Source: Ruminococcus albus 7 = DSM 20455
GTDB taxonomy: Bacteria; Bacillota; Clostridia; Oscillospirales; Ruminococcaceae
Assembly (NCBI RefSeq): GCF_000179635.2
Contig: NC_014824.1
Coordinates: forward strand, 30,001 to 62,000
DNA: 32,000 nt
Direction of reading: 5' to 3'
This document shows, in pieces, positions 24,283 through 30,584 of this stretch (positions within the stretch are counted from its first letter, which is position 1; every line of letters begins with the position of its first letter). The notes below the pieces were generated by a model, which saw nothing but the letters and a program-made list of their open reading frames with translations, had not been told where the DNA came from and did not search any database. The position numbers and the translations under genes were made by a program.

Positions 24283-25749
24283 ATGAATAAAATTGTGATA
24301 CTATTCGTTTTTCTGTTCTGTGTTTTTTGCGCTTTATGGGTCTTTAAAAGTAAAACGCCAATAAACAGGCATCTAAACGAATCAAACAACGCAAGCAACT
24401 GGTGGGATACTCAAAACGATATCGCTCCTTTGTCGTATGAAGTTAGCGAAGAGTGGTATCTGGATCCCCGAATACCATCGGATTATGTTCCCGTGTTGGG
24501 AGAAGACGGACTGTATATGCAGGTCGATGAAAATGGCACGATTCTTTCTTATTGGAAATGCACTGAAGATGGTACGGCTTTGAACTGGGAAAAAGTCAAT
24601 CCCGACATTCCCGATAATTATGAAGCTGTAGAAGATCTTGAGGATGTATATAAGGTGACTGATGCAAACGGCATGGTCAAGTACCTTAAATACATAAGAA
24701 ACAGAGATAATTCGTTCACCTTCGTAGAAGTGGATAAATACGGAAACATCATTGACGAGTACATAACATCATGTGAATCTCAGGCTGGCGATAATTCGAT
24801 CCCGACAAACTATATGCAGATCGATGGAAATATTTACGGCGTAAAAAACAAGGACGGAGTCGTTGTCGAATACGTCAAGAAAAATGAAGATAAAAACGGA
24901 AATCTGATCTGGAATCCTATTAGCGAAGAAAAGGTATTTGCTGATATAACAGGTAATGAGAGAAATAACGGAGAAGTTAAGAATCCGGATATGACTTTGC
25001 CTGACAGTACAGATCAAAAACCGGACGAGTATGTTGTCGGTAAGCCCGGTGGAAATAAAGTAACAACTGCCCCTGTGGTTGTTGATCCGGATATTTCTGT
25101 TAACACAGGCTCCAAAAGCAAAAAAACGCATACTCAAAAAGAGTCTTATCAGACAACAGAGTATGAGGGGGATTACAAACTTACTTATGAATACACAATC
25201 ATCAAAACCTATGATGATGAAGGTAATATGTTATCTTCTGATAAACAAGGACCGTTCCTGCGAAATAAGGAATACGTTGGAAATCAGAAGGTAACTGCTA
25301 ATCCCTCACTAATAGAATCAAATCTGGATAACGAGATAATGAGAGTTGCTGGCGCTTTGGAACAAAGCGATGCAAGCGGAGTGATAAACTCACTTAATGC
25401 AGAGAGAATCAATAACAATCTTTCCATTCTTGCTACCGATGGTGATGCTCAGAAAATTGCTACGTTATTTGCAGCAGATATGGCTACATACGATAACACG
25501 ACCAATATCTCACCTTTATACGGCTCTATAGATCAGTTAATGACACGTTATGGAATTACTAACCAGGGCTATGGTCTTAATGTCTGGAGAACAACTTCCG
25601 ATGACGCTCAGCAGATACATCAAAGGTTTCAATCCATAGACAATTGCCGTAACGCGAGGATGAACGAGAATTTTAATCAGGTCGGTGTTGCTATTTTCAA
25701 AAATAACGGATATTACTATGTTGCAGAATTACTGATGCTGCAATTCTAG
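24283..25749 (+). CDS. Membrane-anchored protein with a C-terminal CAP/SCP (YkwD-like) domain
   Basis: N-terminal TM, then a long extracytoplasmic region. The C-terminus LNAERINNNLSIL...AADMATYD...GLNVWR...VGVAIFKNNGYYYVAELL follows the CAP-domain pattern. Confidence 0.65.
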   Translation: MNKIVILFVFLFCVFCALWVFKSKTPINRHLNESNNASNWWDTQNDIAPLSYEVSEEWYLDPRIPSDYVPVLGEDGLYMQVDENGTILSYWKCTEDGTALNWEKVNPDIPDNYEAVEDLEDVYKVTDANGMVKYLKYIRNRDNSFTFVEVDKYGNIIDEYITSCESQAGDNSIPTNYMQIDGNIYGVKNKDGVVVEYVKKNEDKNGNLIWNPISEEKVFADITGNERNNGEVKNPDMTLPDSTDQKPDEYVVGKPGGNKVTTAPVVVDPDISVNTGSKSKKTHTQKESYQTTEYEGDYKLTYEYTIIKTYDDEGNMLSSDKQGPFLRNKEYVGNQKVTANPSLIESNLDNEIMRVAGALEQSDASGVINSLNAERINNNLSILATDGDAQKIATLFAADMATYDNTTNISPLYGSIDQLMTRYGITNQGYGLNVWRTTSDDAQQIHQRFQSIDNCRNARMNENFNQVGVAIFKNNGYYYVAELLMLQF

Positions 25750-25770
25750 TATACAACATATAATACACTG

Positions 25771-25814
25771 AAAACAGGTTTAAGTCCAAAATATAGGACT
25801 TAAACCTGTTTTTA
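25771..25814 (+). terminator. Strong rho-independent terminator
   Basis: Perfect 17-bp stem aaaacaggtttaagtcc / ggacttaaacctgtttt, an 8-nt loop, and a T-run. Confidence 0.85.
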
Positions 25815-25834
25815 TATGTAGTTTTTATCGATTT

Positions 25835-25857
25835 AAATTTTCATGTATAATTATAAT
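25835..25857 (+). promoter_or_regulatory. Promoter box (aaattttcaTGTATAATtataat)
   Basis: Overlapping TGTATAAT and TATAAT hexamers after the terminator, about 60 nt upstream of recJ. Confidence 0.45.
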
Positions 25858-25914
25858 AGTCAATTACATTGATATCTTGGAGTTTGTTTTTCAATTTAAA
25901 AAGGAGGAAAAATC

Positions 25915-27576
25915 ATGATTTGGTCAAAAAGAGACGAATTAGATTCCATAAAACAAGTTGTGTCTCGAAATTCAGGTATGACTGAAGAAGAGCTCATGAA
26001 AACTGAATGGGATACACAGATAATGCATTTGTATGATGTTGCAGATTATCTCAGAAATGCCTCAGATACTAAGAAGAAAATAGCGGTATTTGCTGACTAT
26101 GACTGCGATGGTATATGTTCTGCAGTGATCATGCATGTGATCTTAAAAAGCCTTCAAATAGATTTTAAGATCTATTTCCCGAAAAGAGGAATTGGATACG
26201 GCTTACAAAAAAGATACATAGATATGATCGATGAAAAATATGATGCAGTGATAACTATTGATAACGGAATCTCCGCTTTTGAGGGCATCGATGCTGCGAA
26301 AGCAAGAGGAATGGATGTTATAGTTATAGACCACCATCTGCAATCACCGGAAGGTCTGCCAAACGCTGATATAATAGTTGATCCACACGTATTCAAAGAA
26401 AAAGAAAATTTTGAAGATTGGTGCGGAGCCGGACTTGGCTACGAACTTTCTAAACTCATCTGTGATGAAAAAAGACAGAAAGTATGCCTGCAGTTCGCAG
26501 CATTCGCTACAGTAGCAGACGTTGTTCCTTTACGTTTCAATAATCGCACAATTGTAAAAAATGGATTGGAACTGATAAACAATAGTTCCGTTAATTCCAT
26601 ACATCTTCTTATAAACGAAATTACCGGGTTAGGAAAGCCGAATGTCGATGAAACAACTATAGGCTTTAAGATCGGACCTATTATCAACGCCATGGGGCGT
26701 GTTGAGGATGATGCTGAATACGTATACCGGTACTTTACTAGCGGAAATCCTGAAATGCTTCAGCATATGGTTGATAATAATGAAGTAAGAAAGGAACTTG
26801 TTATTCAAGCAGTCGAAAGAGCTCAGAATATAGTAGTAGAAGAGTGCTTATTTTCAGATGTTCCAAAAATTATATATGATCCAAAAACGATCGAAGGAAT
26901 TGTCGGTGTTGTTGCCGGCAGATTAACGGAAACTTACAAAAGTCCTGTAATTTGCCTGACGGACAGTGAAACGCCGGGAGTAATTAAAGGATCCGCACGA
27001 TCTACTGAGGATATTAATATAAAAGAAGCACTGGATAAAGTATCTGACCATTTACTTCATTACGGTGGACACGCGGGAGCTGCCGGCTTATCACTTAAAA
27101 TTGATGAGCTTGATAACATCCGCGATTGTTTTTTCAGTATATTCGAAGATTTCGAAGTTCAAGAAAAAGATGAAATATTCTATGATCTTGAAATCAATGC
27201 AGAGGAAATTCCTGATACGTTGTCACTACTAAAAGCGTATGCGCCTTTTGGAGAAGGGAACAGACCGCCTGTATTCAAGATCAATAACTTTAAATGTTTA
27301 CCCAGAAACGGAAAACTATTCCAGATATTAGGCGATGACGGCAAAGCACTGAAGCTATTCGGTAACGGTTGCATAGCGATCGGATTTGATGCCGTAGAAA
27401 AGTTCAATTCATTGAACATGCCCAAAACACTAGATATAATTGGCGTGATAAGCGAAAATAACTATGGAAAACCAGAAGCACAAATCGAAATAAGTGATTT
27501 TAAGAAGGTCACAGAAATCAAAAATCAGTCTGAATTGACAAAATTATGTATAAATGATATTCTTTCAGGCTTATAA
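25915..27576 (+). CDS. recJ: Single-stranded-DNA-specific exonuclease RecJ (DHH/DHHA1 plus OB fold)
   Basis: Motifs FADYDCDG, TIDNGISA, VIVIDHH and GGHAGAAG. The C-terminal segment PPVFKINNF...LKLFGNG.IAIGFDA...EAQIEISDF resembles the RecJ OB fold. Confidence 0.85.
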   Translation: MIWSKRDELDSIKQVVSRNSGMTEEELMKTEWDTQIMHLYDVADYLRNASDTKKKIAVFADYDCDGICSAVIMHVILKSLQIDFKIYFPKRGIGYGLQKRYIDMIDEKYDAVITIDNGISAFEGIDAAKARGMDVIVIDHHLQSPEGLPNADIIVDPHVFKEKENFEDWCGAGLGYELSKLICDEKRQKVCLQFAAFATVADVVPLRFNNRTIVKNGLELINNSSVNSIHLLINEITGLGKPNVDETTIGFKIGPIINAMGRVEDDAEYVYRYFTSGNPEMLQHMVDNNEVRKELVIQAVERAQNIVVEECLFSDVPKIIYDPKTIEGIVGVVAGRLTETYKSPVICLTDSETPGVIKGSARSTEDINIKEALDKVSDHLLHYGGHAGAAGLSLKIDELDNIRDCFFSIFEDFEVQEKDEIFYDLEINAEEIPDTLSLLKAYAPFGEGNRPPVFKINNFKCLPRNGKLFQILGDDGKALKLFGNGCIAIGFDAVEKFNSLNMPKTLDIIGVISENNYGKPEAQIEISDFKKVTEIKNQSELTKLCINDILSGL

Positions 27577-27591
27577 TAAGGAGGCCCTAAA

Positions 27592-28575
27592 ATGGCAGTT
27601 ACAAAATACCCAAAGGAAATTTTCACCAACATCAAAACGAAAAATGGCGGAGCTCAGACGTTTAGCGTAGCATCTAATCTTCAGTTCGACGAGGATAAGC
27701 CGCTGGCAATGATGTCTTCGTTATCAAGATATGTACTAACTGCTGTGGAAAAGAATTCCAGCGGTAAAACATCTATTCTGATCGGCAATATTCCGGCAAA
27801 GCTTGTCCCTGCGATTGCTGAGAGAGCTAAATCAGTACTGACAAATACTATAAATGTTAATGCTGACAGCTCGGAAGTAGCAACAGAAAAGCCTTGGCCT
27901 GTGCTTGAAAGAAATAAGAAAATATGCGAAGCGCTTGAACTGTCTCCTACAATGGGAAATAACAAAGGAAAGCCTTTTTGGTCAATACCTGCGGAGGAAA
28001 TAAAGAAATACAGAGAATTCTTAGGAAAGAACGCTGAAAAATACCCGAAAAACAAAGAAATTATAAATAAGCTTGATCTGTTTTTAACAGCATCGAAAGA
28101 AATTCAGAACAAATGCGTTTCTTTTATGAAAGAAACACGAAGCACTAAGGATAGAAGCACTATGGCACCTTCGGGAGAGTTGATTATTTATGAGTCAGGA
28201 ACAAAACCCAGAGTCTCACAGAAAAGGGAAGATGGTAAGGTTCAGGTCTATAATATAAAGATCGCGTATGTTATAGGACAGAATTATCCTTTCAACGTAA
28301 CTATCACAAACTACTATGCTTTTGTAAAGAAAACTGATACAGGAGCACTGAATGTTCAGGGAAACTCGGTTTGCGATAAAGTTTCTTCAATAGTTCGAAT
28401 GAGTGAGCTCGATGGACTTGCTTTCATAAAATCTATGGAAGATGATGCTATGGCGTATAAAATCAGTTTTTACGCCCGTCAGCTAAAAAAAGCAGATGAG
28501 CTTGTAAAGAGTAATATTGAGCAGAGCAAAAAGAATGCAGAAAATGACAGTGATGCCTATTTTTCCGACTTTTAA
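27592..28575 (+). CDS. Hypothetical protein (327 aa) with an SSB-like acidic/aromatic C-terminal tip, candidate ssDNA-binding or adaptor protein
   Basis: A GGAGG RBS lies 15 nt after the recJ stop. The protein ends ENDSDAYFSDF* (nt 28540-28572). A beta-rich segment reads IIYESGTKPRVSQKREDGKVQVYNIKIAYVIGQNYPFNVTITNYYAFVKK. I recognised no family. Confidence 0.8.
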   Translation: MAVTKYPKEIFTNIKTKNGGAQTFSVASNLQFDEDKPLAMMSSLSRYVLTAVEKNSSGKTSILIGNIPAKLVPAIAERAKSVLTNTINVNADSSEVATEKPWPVLERNKKICEALELSPTMGNNKGKPFWSIPAEEIKKYREFLGKNAEKYPKNKEIINKLDLFLTASKEIQNKCVSFMKETRSTKDRSTMAPSGELIIYESGTKPRVSQKREDGKVQVYNIKIAYVIGQNYPFNVTITNYYAFVKKTDTGALNVQGNSVCDKVSSIVRMSELDGLAFIKSMEDDAMAYKISFYARQLKKADELVKSNIEQSKKNAENDSDAYFSDF

Positions 28576-28594
28576 GTTGAATAAGCACCTTATC

Positions 28595-28625
28595 AAAGCC
28601 ATTGTTTTATACAGTGGCTTTTTTT
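28595..28625 (+). terminator. Rho-independent terminator
   Basis: aaagccattgt-tttta-acagtggcttt, 11 bp including one G:U, running into a T-run. Confidence 0.75.
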
Positions 28626-28634
28626 ATCGGATTC

Positions 28635-28650
28635 AAAATTCGATTATAAT
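28635..28650 (+). promoter_or_regulatory. Conserved promoter box (aaaattcgatTATAAT)
   Basis: Shared-motif member directly after a terminator, 73 nt before the ATPase CDS. Confidence 0.45.
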
Positions 28651-28722
28651 ATATATAGATCTGTTATTGATAATTGGAGTTTTATCAAATCGGATCAAGT
28701 ATTTTTTTTAGGAGGTCATTTT

Positions 28723-30516
28723 ATGAACTTTAAGAATATTTGTATCGAAAATTTTGGCGGAATTACTCATTTAGAAACAATACCAAAGCGAGTCAACGTA
28801 ATAATCGGACCTAACGGACACGGCAAGACAACATTCCTTAAAGCCGTTAAATACGGTCTTGTTGGCAGCCAGACAAGAAGTGAACTTATCAAAGATGGAG
28901 CTTGCGCAGCTGAAGTATCTCTCGATATTGACGCTTACTCAATAAGAAGTATAAACAACAGTAAAGGTGCTTCAGTATATCTTAACGGAAAGAAAACGAC
29001 TAGAAAAAGCATTGTTGAGCTCCTTCAGGCTGAGTACGGCGGAACTAAAGAAGCAATGCAATTTTTGACTTCATCAGAAGTCTTTGAGAAGGCAAGTTCA
29101 TCGGAATTTACTGAATTTCTTCTTAACAGCGGATTTATTCCTCTAAATTTAGATATAGAAACGCTGTTGAGACTTGTAAAGGAAACAGAAGTTATTGATG
29201 AAAGCATTGAAGAAGAATTGAAAGGAAATTTTCCTGCAATGCCTGATAAATTCAGTCTCGATCATATACAGGAAATAAACGATTATTATTCAGGAAAAAT
29301 AAAAGCTGAAAAGAAAGAAATTGAAAGATTATCCTCTATTATTTCATCGGTTGACGGAATTGACACAACAAGCATTCGAGAACCAAAAACGATAAAAAAA
29401 GAATATGAACTCTTGATTGCTGATGAAGCTACGATAAAAGCTTATGAGGAAATAACTGTAAAAAGAAGTACAGCTCTTGAAAAGCTCAAAAAACTGCAGG
29501 AAACATACGATAAATATACTGTAACAAAACCTAATCCTGCAGAAAAAATTTCAGCTGAAAAAGTTATCGAGCAAATGGACAGTGAAATAAAAAAATCTAT
29601 AAAATTCATTTCAACATTGAACGCAAACAATTCTATGCTGGAAAAGCAGTTATCCAGACTTTCAAGTAACTGCTGTCCTCTCTCTGAAAAAATATCCTGT
29701 ACTCAGGATAAGACCGAAGTTATTGAAGAAATCAATACTACTATTTCCGGAAACAAAGATCAGATCGAACTTCTTGAACAGGATAAAGAGATATACGAAG
29801 ATCAGCTGAAAAAAGCACAAGAAGTTCTGGAAGCTTACCGGAATCAGGAAAAAGCTTACACGGAGAAAATCAACTTACTGAAACAGATAGATGTAGTTAA
29901 GACTTCCATACCATCGGCTGTTGAAAGGCCTGACCTTGATGCATCAGAGATTGCAAGAAAGAAAAGCGTTCTGGCAGATGAACTTGCTTTAGCCAACAGA
30001 ATCGAGGCAGCAAATAATGAAAAAGCAAATCTGATCTCACACGAAAATGATTTCTCAAAATACTCTATTCTTGAAAGGATAACAAGTAAAAAGGGAAATG
30101 TCAAAGGAAAAATACTCAAGCTTCTTCTTGGCAGACTTGTAAAATCCATCAACGATATGGCTGCAGAAGCTTGTCCTCAGCTTACACTGGATCTTAACAT
30201 TAATTCCAATGGAAACGTTATTATTCAGTGCAAAACTCCAAGCGGTACCCAGGACTATGGAGATCTTTCTACAGGAGAAAAACTGCTCGTTCAGTTTCTG
30301 GTAATGACTCAAATAAATCAGCTATCAGGTTTTAAACTTCTCGTAATGGATAATCTTGATAAGCTGGATGAAGCCAACTTTGAAAAAATGCTTGATTTCC
30401 TCTCGCAGCCAGCGGTTGCAGAGTATTACGACCATGTCTTCGTGGCAACGGTCAACCACACCGAATTTGAAGACGTACTCGGAAAATTCAGTGATATAAA
30501 TGTCATAAACGTTTAA
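28723..30516 (+). CDS. Rad50/SbcC-like (SMC-type) coiled-coil ATPase, 597 aa
   Basis: N-terminal FGGI...IIGPNGHGKTT (Walker A). About 350 aa of heptad-rich coiled coil with C317-C-P-L-S-E-K-I-S-C326 near its midpoint. Signature LSTGEK, Walker B LLVMDN, then ATVNH. Confidence 0.8.
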   Translation: MNFKNICIENFGGITHLETIPKRVNVIIGPNGHGKTTFLKAVKYGLVGSQTRSELIKDGACAAEVSLDIDAYSIRSINNSKGASVYLNGKKTTRKSIVELLQAEYGGTKEAMQFLTSSEVFEKASSSEFTEFLLNSGFIPLNLDIETLLRLVKETEVIDESIEEELKGNFPAMPDKFSLDHIQEINDYYSGKIKAEKKEIERLSSIISSVDGIDTTSIREPKTIKKEYELLIADEATIKAYEEITVKRSTALEKLKKLQETYDKYTVTKPNPAEKISAEKVIEQMDSEIKKSIKFISTLNANNSMLEKQLSRLSSNCCPLSEKISCTQDKTEVIEEINTTISGNKDQIELLEQDKEIYEDQLKKAQEVLEAYRNQEKAYTEKINLLKQIDVVKTSIPSAVERPDLDASEIARKKSVLADELALANRIEAANNEKANLISHENDFSKYSILERITSKKGNVKGKILKLLLGRLVKSINDMAAEACPQLTLDLNINSNGNVIIQCKTPSGTQDYGDLSTGEKLLVQFLVMTQINQLSGFKLLVMDNLDKLDEANFEKMLDFLSQPAVAEYYDHVFVATVNHTEFEDVLGKFSDINVINV

Positions 30517-30521
30517 AAAAG

Positions 30522-30551
30522 AAACGAGCTGATATAATTTTCAGCTCGTTT
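30522..30551. terminator. Bidirectional terminator between convergent genes
   Basis: aaacgagctga-tataattt-tcagctcgttt, an 11-bp stem. Confidence 0.7.
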
Positions 30552-30584
30552 TACTTTGTTAATTCAATATGAGAATTATCGGCA

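Noticed and set aside
28517-28711. 64-aa ORF spanning the 327-aa gene's end, a terminator and a promoter box
   Set aside because: It crosses an obvious terminator hairpin and promoter, so it is not plausibly translated.
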